From Mytilus edulis (taxonomy: Eukaryota): a stretch of DNA of 64,000 nucleotides. Shown piece by piece: positions 22,487 through 34,283 of the stretch. The position numbers were made by a program, and so were the translations under genes. Below the pieces are notes generated by a model. It saw nothing but the letters and a program-made list of their open reading frames with translations, was not told the origin of the DNA and did not search any database. The stretch is from the NCBI RefSeq assembly GCF_963676685.1, contig NC_092350.1:29946001-30010000 (forward strand), given 5' to 3'. Numbering within the stretch: position 1 is the first letter of the stretch; each line of letters starts with the position of its first letter.

Positions 22487-24112
22487 TGTAAGGCATTGGA
22501 AGTACTTGTTATGATATTATAAATTCAGAAAAAGGAAATATTATTCTTTTAAACATAACGGTTGTGTTCTTACGCATAGTAACTTGGCTCGCACGAGCAA
22601 GTAAAACATTTTTTTTAATCAAAGATATGGCATTAATTTACTATTTTTATGTATGGATTTCACAGGCCAAAGTTTCATTTTGTTGTTTACCAAATATAAA
22701 GGGGGGAAGCATTTCATTAGCTAAAACATAGTTTTACAAGTTAGGTGTGTACATATGTTGGTACTAGGGTGATAATTATCAAGTTTATCAAATTTTTAAT
22801 GTGTAAAACACTGGAAGTGAAATGAATTTTTCATTTGTTTACATTTTTGTTGTACAAGTGTTACGGCAGGGAATGTATGTAATTACTCATGGCTTACCTT
22901 CTACATGCTATATATCATGTAATTCCCGTATTAAGGATCATTTCTTGTAACCAAATATTCATATTTAAACGTCTAATATGCCTGATATACATAGGAAAAT
23001 ACTTCAATCGAATTGTTTATTTACGGAGACTTTGTCGTCTGCCATTTTGTGGGGACCGAAACATGTGTTTTGATATCTTTAAATACCAATTCGTCCCCTG
23101 GACATTTGATCTAATATTGTATTTTTAATACCACAGATAAGAGTTTTAATAAGTATACCCTGCCGGACACAAATATATTGTAAATATTTAGATGGTTGAA
23201 ATGAACTATGTTGTATGTTATTTACGTATTATGTAATTACGCAGATCGTCTGCTAAATCAATGCGCGCGCAGTGGTGTCCGATTGTTTATTTCAAGCTTC
23301 TTTGTCGATACTTCAGATGCTATAGCTTTGTTTTGATATTTTATGTATAAGGACAATGTTCGGACAACTTAAGATGATATGTATATCATGTTTTTCATTA
23401 TCTGAAATTTTTATAGTTCCGGCTTCCCGGAAAGGACAAGTTTCCATTGGATTAGTATGTCACGTGACAATTACAATTTAGTATATAAACGCGCGAGCAC
23501 TCAGCAATGGCAGATAGCCCAAAGTTTTGCTGGCGGCAAGTTCAAACCTTGAAAAACAAATAAAGCAACAATAACCTTTAGGTGAGAATAAGGATAACAT
23601 AATGAAGTTTAATGATATTTAATTAGCCGTCTTTTGTACAGTAAGCTATCTCCCACCACGTCGGACACCACAAATATGTATTTAAGGATTTATGATTCAG
23701 TACACTTGAACGCAACTGTTTATTTATATAGTTTTACGATGTTATAATGTTACATACTTTTAACAGTGAACAAATAAAAACTGTTAACATTGGAAAGATA
23801 ACTTTATTTTATTGAACTTGGACACATACAAAAAGCACATGAATTTACACTGATGAAAACAATAGATGTTGGAGGACGCTCGTTCAAACATAAAAACTAT
23901 GGAAAGCCGTTAGGAACAAAATTAGCTCAGTAACACTCGAATACAAGGGATTGCTCAATACATACATATTAAACATTCCGAAGACCATACCTGACAAGTA
24001 ATTTGGGAAGTTTAATACAAATGTAGAGTAGCTACATGAGTCACACACTGTATTTAAGTGTTATTAAAGTAAACTACCGAGTATAGGACAGGATGCTCTC
24101 GGGTGGCTTACA
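22487..24112 (+). repeat. 3' LTR
   Basis: Copy of 13005-14630, followed by the ATAT TSD. Confidence 0.98.
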
Positions 24113-25754
24113 ATATTATTGTCATGCATATTTGAAACTTTTTAATAACTGTTGATGTTCGTGACCTTCGTCGCACCCTATCATCAAATTTTATACTATT
24201 TTTTTCACGACTTTGAAATTACAAATAATTATGAATAATTAATTCTTATAACTTTCAAAATTTTCATTTTACATATTTGCGGTAAATTCAAATGAGCAAT
24301 GATTAGATATTAGCGTCTCATCCAGCAGTGGCTGTTTCACAGGGTCAACTCTTTTTCACACTATTTCATTGAAAAGTCGTGTTCATAATTTCAGTTTTAT
24401 TGCTACAGAACAGTCAATTATTCTGGAAATTGTGGATTGCATTTCATTGCTTTTAGAAGAAGTTGAAACAATAGTTTCGATTAAAATTAACACCAATATA
24501 TTATTTATTAAAAAAATATGTAATGTTAATTCTTAATTTTTACGTTCAAACTAATTGATGATGTATTTGGCTATTATTTTATGTCCATTTTGGTCTTGAA
24601 TCCCTTCAGCTGTTTCGGTTCTCATACATTGAGTGTTCCTGGTGTGGGTAAATCCCAAAATGTGCATTGAATGCAGGCAGTTTATTGAGCGGTTTTCATT
24701 TATAATATATCTATGATACGTCTAACTCACGATTAGAAATGTGTTTGTTGTCAACCTCCTATTTCTCTTTACTACCTTGCACTCTGTCCTATCTTAGGGT
24801 TTTAAATCTCAATTGATACAATGTTTGGACTGAGGAAATATCATCAAATGTAAAGGGAACGAAACCTGAGAAGAGGTTGATATCAAATAAAAATGAATAA
24901 AACCTCAATAATTATACATGTAAGACAATACACTCATTTCCAAGATAAGATTCTCCAACAAACATGACGTGTGCAACTTGTGGAACAAAAACTGCTTCAG
25001 CACAGAAACACCAATTATGAAGGGTTAAGAAGAAGAAAAACTGAAATCAAAAAAAGTTTTAAAGTTCTAAATCACGTGATTCCTTCATGTTTTTAACTAT
25101 ATTTGTATACTAGTATTCACAATTGGTTTTGAACATCGATAATCTATTGTTGCCTTTTATCTATTCATAGTGTATAGATATTGACACTACAGTAGGTTCG
25201 TATTTATTCGTCAATGTTCAGTTGGGTTCTGAAGATTTAAATTGCCTGAGCGAAAAAAAATATATATTCTACTTAATATAATAAAGAACGTACAATGTAT
25301 ATTATACGATGTATCTTCTGAAAAAATAAGAACAATTTTACCTTCATTTCTCATGTACCAATCGTATACACTTCATAAAATTAAAACACCACATAGTTAA
25401 CAGTCTGGATCATCTTCTATTAATATTTGTAGGCGTTGTTCAGATTAAGCGTAACATTGATTTCATAGTTAATATATTTAATAGTTAGTACATTTAAAAA
25501 TAAACAGCCTAATCTTTTTATTTACAATGTTTTGTTACATATCAATTGAAAAGTTGATACAAAACATAGAATAGTACGAAATTTTGGATGCTATTAATAT
25601 TAACATATATTTTTTTCTAAGTATTGACCTGGTCTAATCGACGCTATCGTTTAGAGCCCATCCTGTCGACTCACCCGTGCTCCTTCATGTGACCACCCCA
25701 GTTTTTGTTTTAACATTGATGTGTATCGTCTTATTGAACTAATGAGATATGAAC

Positions 25755-27201
25755 ATCGGTAAAACACTGTTGTCTCTAATTGATGTAATTCCATAATATG
25801 GCTTTCGATTGAGCGCTAGGATCGGTAAAACACTGTTGTCTCTAATTGATGTAATTCCATAATATGGCTTTCCATTGAGCGCTAGGATCGGTAAAACACT
25901 CTTGCCTTTAATTGATGTAATACCATAATATGGCTTTTCATTGAGCGCTAGGATCGGTAAAATACTGTTGCCTCTAATTGATGTAATACCATAATATGGC
26001 TTTCCATTGAGCGCTAGGATCGGTAAAACACTGTTGCCTTTAATTGATGTAATACCATAATATGGCTTTCCATTGAGCGCTAGGATCGGTAAAATATTGT
26101 TGCCTCTAATTGATGTAATACCATAATATAGCTTTCCATTGAGCGCTAGGATCGGTAAAACACTGTTGCCTTTAATTGATGTAATACCATAATATGGCTT
26201 TCCATTGAGCGCTAGGATCGGTAAAATATTGTTGCCTCTAATTGATGTCATTCCATAATATGACTTTCAATTGAGCCCTAGGATCAGTAAAACACTGTTG
26301 CCTCTAACTGATGTAATTCCATAATATGGCTTTCGATTGAGCGCTAAGATCGGTAAAACACTGTTGCCTCTAATTGATGTAATTCCATAATATGGCTTTC
26401 CATTGAGCGCTAGGATCGGTAAAATAGTGTTGCCTCTAATTGATGTCATTCCATAATATGACTTTCCATTGAGCGCTAGGATCGGTAAAACACTGTTGCC
26501 TTTAATTGATGTAATACCATAATATGGCTTTCCATTGAGCGCTAGGATCGGTAAAATATTGTTGCCTCTAGTTGATGTAATTCCATAATATGGCTTTCCA
26601 TTGAGAGCTAGGATCGGTAAAACACTGTTGCCTCTAACTGATGTAATTCCATAATATGGCTTTCGATTGAGCGCTAGGATCGGTAAAACAATGTTGCCTC
26701 TAATTGATGTAATTACATAATATGGCTTTCGATTGAGCGCTAGAATCGGTAAAACACTGTTGCCTCTAATTGATGTAATTCCATAATATGACTTTCGATT
26801 GAGCGCTAGGATCGGTAAAACACTGTTGCCTCTAATTGATGTAATTCCATAATATGGCTTTCGATTGAGCGCTAGGATCGGTAAAACACTGTTGCCTCTA
26901 ATTGATGTAATTCCATAATATGACTTTCGATTGAGCGCTAGGATCGGTAAAACACTGTTGCCTCTAATTGATGTAATTCCATAATATGGCTTTCGATTGA
27001 GCGCTAGGATCGGTAAAATACTGTTGCCGCTAATTGATGTAATTCCATAATATGGCTTTCGATTGAGCGCTAGGATCGGTAAAATACTGTTGCCTCTAAT
27101 TGATGTAATTCCATAATATGGCTTTCGATTGAGCGCTAGGACCGGTAAAATACTGTTGCCTCTAATTGATGTAATTCCATAATATGGCTTTCGATTGAGC
27201 T
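25755..27201. repeat. Minisatellite, 66-bp unit, ~22 copies
   Basis: Unit GGATCGGTAAAACACTGTTGCCTCTAATTGATGTAATTCCATAATATGGCTTTCGATTGAGCGCTA in head-to-tail copies with no spacers. Confidence 0.97.
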
Positions 27202-27225
27202 AGGGAATTGATCTCCTTAACCTAT

Positions 27226-27452
27226 AATAGTTATCAAAGGTACCAGGATTATAATGTAGTACGTCAGACCCGCGTTTCGTCAACATAAGACTCATCAGTG
27301 ACGTTCATATCAAAATATTTATAAAGTCAAACAAGTACAAAATTGAAGAGCATTGAGGACCCAAAAATTCCCAAAAGTTGTGCCAAATACGGCTAAGGTT
27401 AACTATGCCTGCGATAAGAAAATCCTTAGTTTTTCGAAAAATTCAAAGTTAT
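27226..27452 (-). mobile_element. Hammerhead-ribozyme-bearing repeat (retrozyme-like)
   Basis: Minus strand of 27261-27304: ACGTCA-CTGATGA-GTCTTATGTTGAC-GAAA-CGCGG-GTC-TGACGT, with intact cores and a perfect stem I. Confidence 0.8.
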
Positions 27453-28088
27453 AACAGATACCGAAAAGGTTATTTTCAGAAATGTTTTGAATAAAACCTC
27501 CTGCTGTTGTTATTATATTCATGTTTTTCACTTAGTTGCCAACAGCTATTTTAGTGTTAGATAAACATTCTACTTAGTTCTGATGTCTTTGGTAATGGAG
27601 CTATACAAGAATCGTATACTTCTTAATCTGATAAACATATCAATTTCCATGTCTACTGTTAAATTAATGTGAGATGTGATGTTATGTGTGCTTTTATTCA
27701 TCATTTTTCTTTTTGTTTGCCTGTTGTTGTTTTTTAATCTAGGTCTTATTTATCTTCTTTGTACTTCTTGTAAAAAAAAAGAGTTAGACGATGTCAAGAG
27801 AACCTTCATATCTCATGAGCAAAATTATGATTATTGCATAAAACTTCACACACTTGTTAGTTATATTAATTTGATCTAATTTGAAGATCTGTATACTTTT
27901 TCGTAATGATTCTTAATTTCCTTTTTGAGTTATTGATTTTTTATTTAAGCTTTTTGTTTAAAAAAACATATAAAACATGTTGTGAACAATTTTTTTTCTG
28001 TCTCTTATATAAACTTCCTCTTGAGCAGAAATAAGGAATTAGTCTGGATATACTTAGCATGACTTCCTGTACAACCCCCTTGTTATAA

Positions 28089-30120
28089 AGCCCCGGTCAC
28101 AACAGATCGTACGATTTTTTTGTCGTGGAAGATCTATAAAATAGTTGTCGTGGCACCGTCGTGCAAAATGACAAAAAAATATTTCGAGTGGTCACATCAG
28201 CAACGACATACCCACGATGGTTCTACGATGAGTACAAGACAGAAAAAAAAAATTGTAATTATACTGGCGTGTGCTTGTCGCAAGTTGGTCGTGCGGCAAT
28301 CGTGCGACAGTCGTGTGACAGTTGTGCGACAATCGTACGGCAATCGTGAGTTGTTTGGGGCTATTTTTGAGGTTTTCATGTATTGGGATGCGCGTGTGAC
28401 TGTCGTGCCACTGTCGCACGACTATCGTGTCACTGTGACGTGAAAGGCGACTCTCAGCAAAAGCTCTTAAAACATGTCAGGCTCTATTCGCATTAATCCA
28501 ACGAAATCACCGGCAGATTCCCGATCCAACTCTAGCATCAGTTACTGTATACTATACTGCCCAAGAACAGGCGGCGTTCGATCCATTGCCTAACTCACCA
28601 ACGTCGGGCGATCCTATATGATTCAGCAGGCCCAAGCATAATCGTTTTGGTGGAATAGCTAGGACGTTACGCGCGATGTTCGTACATGTAAGCGTAACAC
28701 AACGTCGCGGATATTTCGTAACGTTCAAACCAAAAATTCGACTAAAACGTTGTTTTTAAGCAAGTGCGACATTCTTGTAAGACTCCGCAAAATCGACGGT
28801 GCTTTTTAACTACTTATCGAAAATTTATGTATTTTAGTTTTTTGAAAAATTAAGAAAAATAACATTTAAAAAAATCATAAATTCTAACAGTATAAGAGCA
28901 GTGATAAGCAAACAATTGACATAAATTTGAGTTGAGTTAGTTTTTACGTCAAAAATTGGTGATGCGACAACCTTGTAAGCCTGTAAAAAATCGCTCATAA
29001 ATTATCATATATCTTTTTCAGGATATTTGTCCTTAAATTCATAAAATTAAGTAAATTAACATTGATGTAGTGAATACAAATACTAATCTTTTTTCATTTT
29101 AGATAAATGTTTTTTGTTTCTCAAAACTAGAATCCCAATTTTTTTTCCCGTGGGACAGATTTGCCCTTGTAGTATGGAACGAGTTTTTTTCTATGACGTC
29201 ATCATAACGTCATAAAAATGCATTAAAGACTGAAGGAACTATTCTGTTAAATAATGGAAAAAAACGTTTTTCAAAATATTAGATAGTTTTGACGAAAATC
29301 ATAGTTTAGTGGTTACAATACTAGTAAATGAAATATGTTACGCGGGACAACCTAAAATTCGCCGTTTTTTTGAAAAAATGAAGCTTGTCACATGCAGCAT
29401 AAAACATAGTTTCAACAATTATTTTTTTCGTTTTTATTTTAAAAATTGTTATTTTTTAAAATACGTACAATAGCAATGTATATGATATCACAAAATTATA
29501 TATTTTGGACTTGCATCTTGCCAACTACACCGAATTTTCAATGAGGTACGAACATCGCGCGTAACGTCTATCCTCTTTAAACGGCAGACGGTATTTTTTT
29601 CCAAACATTCATTACCGCCGAATTGTAGTCTTCTATTAAGTAAATAACACAAAAATATGGGCACGACGAACGTACAACTGTCGTACGACACACAATCAAT
29701 GTTGTGCGAGCATCGTACAAAATTTTGTATGCGTGAGACAATCGTGCGACTGTATCACGAGTGTCTTGTGACAGTCCTGAGATTGTCGTACGACAGTCGT
29801 GCGACGATTGTATTATTAAAAATTAAATGGTTCATGTTGGTACCCACGACAATGTGTTTATCGCACAACAGTCGCACGACTGTGGTAAGACACTCTCACG
29901 ATAGCCACAAGACGGTGACACGACAAAAAATCGTAGAGCAAAAAAGGTGATTGTCCAATTTTCGCCCCACGACACACGACAGATCCACGATGCTCAAAAT
30001 ATCGTGCAACTGTCGTGCGATTGCCGTACGACATTCACTGTGACATATGACCCGCGATTTGACAAAATTTCATGTCGTGACGCTGCATAGATGTGTCTTG
30101 GGTTCGTTGTGACCAGGGCT
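28089..30120. mobile_element. Non-autonomous PIF/Harbinger-like element with TAA TSD
   Basis: TAA|AGCCCCGGTCACAAC (28086-28103) ... GTTGTGACCAGGGCT|TAA (30106-30123). Both arms are rich in subterminal (G/A)TCGTGCGAC-type motifs. No transposase. Confidence 0.75.
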
Positions 30121-31088
30121 TAATTCCAAAAACATTTATTATGGAAAAAAATTCACAAGACGAAGGACGTATCATGCGCTCGTGGCGCAGCTGTTTTTTT
30201 GGTTGGGTTAAGCCCTGGTCACAACGAACCCACGACACATCTAAAAAGACGTCGATTTACATTTGTGTTTTAAAATTGATTTTGTTTTTGTGAGTTTGAT
30301 GTCTGTTTGTAGATCAGGTTTTTTCTCTTTTTTTCTTTTTTTTTTGGGGGGTGGGTGGGGTGGGGGGTGCTTGTATTTGTGTCTAGTACTTCAAATGGTT
30401 TTCCAGTGTATTTTATAATTCAATTAAATTTCAACTACTGAAACCAGTTTTTGACATGACTACATTTTGTTATTTTTTACTGTTTAAGGGTCAGAATCAG
30501 AAATATTGAACTTTTGTTACATTTAGCCATGTAGCAAATGTATGAAAACACTACATTTATAGATGATTTATTTATGTTTTAATGATAAACAGTATCAATC
30601 AAAATTAATTCGGAATTGACTTGTGGTTTTAGTATGTGATGAGTTATAGGGAAATTTGTTTTTAAAAGTCACAGTCTTACTATAATTAAGTTTCCCCCTA
30701 TAGAAAATAATACAGATTGAATTACCGCTTGTATTACACAAATAAGTTACTTTTAGTTTCCGAAGATCCAATAATATTCATTCATTCAATAAACAAGACC
30801 GTTTGTACTGTTCAAAAACTATTGATATTCTGAAATGAACAAAAGGAGATGTAGCTACGTCGAAAAGACAGCAATCCTACTTGCTCTTAACGCGGGGGAC
30901 ACATAACATTTTCATCAAAATAAAATTATAGTAAACTACCTATAAATAAATAAAGCAGAAAGGAAATAAAACATCTGTAACCAGAGAAAAATAATGCGAT
31001 AATACATTACAAAATTTAGAGGGACAGAGACATATATATACAATAGTATAGACCCTACCACTGTGTACTTAACATCAATAATATATGT

Positions 31089-32808
31089 ATGAAGAGATTC
31101 TGGACATTCATAAAGCACAAACGAAGTGATGGAAATGAAGTCTCACCACTGAAAAAGGATGGCCTTCTACATTCAGATCCTTTGGATAAAGCAAATATAC
31201 TAAACCAACAGTTCCAGTCTGCTTTTACTGAAAAAACAAGCTTCTCAAATCAGGAATTCCAAGACAGATGCGGCTCTTTAAACAAAATATATCCATCTAT
31301 GCCAGAAATTAAAATCACAGAAAATGGAATATTGAAAATACTAAAAAATCTCAATCCACACAAGGCAGCTGGCCCAGACCAAATTACATCTAAAGTCCTA
31401 AACGAATTAGCCACCGAAATAGCACCAATACTTACCATCATCTTTCAACAGTCATATGAGTCTGGAGAATTACCAATAGACTGGAAATCAGCCAACGTCT
31501 GCCCTATCTTTAAAAAAGGCCAAAAATACAAAGCAGAAAACTACCGCCCAGTATCTTTAACTTGTATAGCCTGCAAAATCATGGAACACATAATTACCAG
31601 CAACATCATGGCTCACTCGGATAAACATAATATCCTACATCCTATGCAGCATGGCTTCCGCAAAAAATTATCATGCGAAACTCAACTCATCGAGTTCATA
31701 GATGATATCACACAAAACCTGGACGAAGGAAAGCAAACTGATTGTTTAATCATGGACTTCTCCAAGGCTTTTGACAAAGTTAGCCATTCACTACTGATCC
31801 ATAAACTAAGGCAATACGGGATTGATGGAAAAACCAACAGATGGATCCAGAGCTTCCTAAGTGGTCGACAACAGTCGGTAGTGGTTGAAGGTGTAAGCTC
31901 TGGCTTCATTGATGTAGAATCAGGTGTACCACAGGGTTCAGTCCTTGGACCAGCACTCTTTCTCTACTACATTAATGATATGCCAGAGGGGGTTCGATCC
32001 AGAACACGGTTGTTTGCTGACGACACAATCATTTATCTTACAATAACATCAGATGCAGATACCACAACACTGCAGAAGGATCTGAACAAATTATCAGACT
32101 GGGAACAACGATGCTCATGAAGTTCAACGCAGACAAATGCAATGTCATGACCATCAGCAAGAAAAGAAAGCCAATCACAAATGATTATATCCTTCATGGC
32201 CATGTACTGGAAAGAGTATCAGACGCAAAATATCTTGGAGTTACAATCAGCTCAGATTTAAATTGGAGTACCCATGTACATAACATCTGCCAAAAAGCAA
32301 ATAAAACTATTGGGTTCTTAAAAAGAAATCTTAACATCAGTAACAAACAACTAAAAGAAAATGCATACAAGTCATTAGTCAGACCAACACTAGAATATGC
32401 AAGCGCAGTCTTGGACCCCCATCAACAAAACAACAAGAAAAAAATTGAGATGGTACAACGCAGAGGGGCTAGGTATGTTACCAACAAATACCGTAACACA
32501 TCATCAGTAGACGCCATGATAAAAAACTCGAGTGGCAACAATTAGAAGAGAGAAGAACAACAACAAGGATGTGCATGATGTACAAAATTACTAACTGCCT
32601 AGTTAATATAGATGCAACATCTAGGCTCATTCCAACAAGCCGAGCATCAAGAACAACTAGGACTGGATGTTTCCAGGTTCCTCTTTGCAGAACGGATATA
32701 AGGAAAATGTCATTCTATCCAAAATCTATACGGGAATGGAATGCCTTACCACTTTCAACTACCACCGCTCCGAGTCTTGAATGCTTCAAGGCTCGGCTAA
32801 CAAAATAG
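31089..32808 (+). pseudogene. LINE ORF2 reverse transcriptase fragment (three frames: 31089-32120, 32111-32545, 32569-32808)
   Basis: Consecutive ORF pieces carry contiguous RT palm/thumb and C-terminal motifs; the endonuclease domain is missing. Confidence 0.9.
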
Positions 32809-32974
32809 ACCTAAACACTTGTTTTTAATGAGCACCTGTATATAGGATTTTAACTTTCACAAAATGTAAATATATTAAATTTTCTTTGGACTTTCATGCG
32901 CAACACACAGTGGCAGAATAATCAGACAGTTGATTGCGGCCGCTTAACTGGAAGAAGAAGAAGAAGAAGAAGAA
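31091..32974 (+). mobile_element. 5'-truncated non-LTR retrotransposon (CR1-group/Zenon-like RT) with (GAA)8 tail
   Basis: RT motifs KAAGPDQI, ENYRPVSL, QHGFR, DFSKAFD, GVPQGSVLGP, LFADD, KYLGV; C-terminal FYPKSIREWNALP; frameshifts near 32110 and 32520; (GAA)8 at 32951-32974. Confidence 0.93.
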
Positions 32975-32989
32975 TAACGACATTGATTG

Positions 32990-33145
32990 GTCCCGGAAAA
33001 AAACCTCCTTCGCACCGTCTAACATTTTTTAACTAGAAATTTGACTTCCGGTGTAATATTTAGCACGTTAGGAAAGACAGAAAAAAAATGTATTTTCACA
33101 TTCTGTTTAGCTTTTTTTGAAGGAACAACGCCACACATCGATAAG
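32990..33145 (+). promoter_or_regulatory. MBIP: Probable MBIP promoter and non-coding first exon
   Basis: ETS-type motifs CCGGAA (~32994) and ACTTCCGG (33045-33051); splice donor AAG|GTAAAT at 33145/33146. An in-frame TAA before the donor makes this exon UTR. Confidence 0.5.
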
Positions 33146-33423
33146 GTAAATTTATACATTGAAAAAATGGAATTCATTCTATAAAAATATGGTCCAGTGA
33201 GTAAGCTAGGTAAAATACAGGCATTTCTAAAATTTGTAAAGTTAAGAAAAAGGAATATATATGATCATATTACATATATGCCCTAATTATATGGGAATAG
33301 TAGTATTAGTACATACTAAACTTGAATAGTTCTTTATGAATGAGTTATACAGGTTTGACTGGAAGTCAATCGGTTTAATTGACATCATTGATCAATCAGT
33401 TCTAACTGTAACGTAATAACATA

Positions 33424-33677
33424 CAGTGGCAGATCCAGAAATTTCATAAGGTGGGTGTGGCGGGGATTCACTGACCAGCTAAGTGGGGCCTGCTCCAGGC
33501 ATGCTTCAGCAATTTATGTCGGTTGAAATCTCATTAGAGCTTATGTTGTCTCTGTTTGTACACTTTGCTGACTCTAAATAAAACTTATTTATTCCATAAA
33601 TGATCAACTAAATTTTTCCCACAAAAAAAGGGGGGGCGGGGCTGGGCCCCTTGGAAAATCCTCTAAATCCGCCTCTA
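33424..33677. mobile_element. MITE with CAG termini and 5-bp TSD (ACATA)
   Basis: ACATA|CAGTGGCAGAT...ATCCGCCTCTA|ACATA; same family as 51439-51590 in the opposite orientation, with an internal ~80-bp insert. Confidence 0.7.
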
Positions 33678-34121
33678 ACATAAGCATTAAGAAATAGACA
33701 ATGTATATATGGTCAAGTTTATGAATTAGTAAGTTGCCTATACTTACCAATATAGTATGTCTTATGGAATTGCAATATGGTCTATCTGTATTTAAAATAC
33801 AAAATGAGCATGGTGTCAGAGTACAATGTACATGGAGTATTTAAGTCACATTGGTTTTTTTTTTCTTTATTGATATTTTTAGTATGAAAAAGACATTTTT
33901 TTATTTTTTTTTGGTATTATATTTAACCGGTTACAAGTAACCATTTCTATATTTATATTTTCATCAGAATATGTTATAACTGAAATGTTACTTCTCTTCA
34001 TATTCTCCTTCATGTCTAATTTGCCTATTATGGATAATTCAACTCTTGGATGTTATTTTTGCTTCCTTTTGTTATTACTCAAATGAAATATTTTTTTGGA
34101 GCAGTCGGTGATGTAAACAGT

Positions 34122-34283
34122 ATGCAAGTGGAAGAATTTGATTCACGCGATAATAGACAGGATGAAACATATCAAGTTCAACTACCAAGCCAGACAGACA
34201 CTTTTGAAGAAACCAACAAAAATCAGCTTTCAAACAGGAATGAAGAATCACATCTTATTCAAATAAAAGCTTCCAAAGATGAG
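34122..34283 (+). CDS. MBIP: MBIP coding exon 1
   Basis: Acceptor GCAG at 34101-34104, ATG at 34122, ends KASKDE|GTAGGT. Confidence 0.8.

Larger units (their letters stand above)
13005..24112 (+). mobile_element. Full-length Ty3/Gypsy LTR retrotransposon (11,108 bp) with accessory ORF region
   Basis: Two 1626-bp LTRs with TG...CA ends (TGTAAG...CTTACA), 4-bp TSD ATAT (13001-13004 and 24113-24116), PBS, PPT, gag, and pol in PR-RT-RH-INT order. Confidence 0.98.

Noticed and set aside
25755-27201. CRISPR-like regular array
   Set aside because: Units are head-to-tail with no unique spacers, there are no cas genes, and the context is eukaryotic; it is a minisatellite.
28120-30293. Cluster of short Arg/Val/Thr-rich ORFs
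   Set aside because: They arise from stop-poor subterminal repeats of a non-autonomous transposon.
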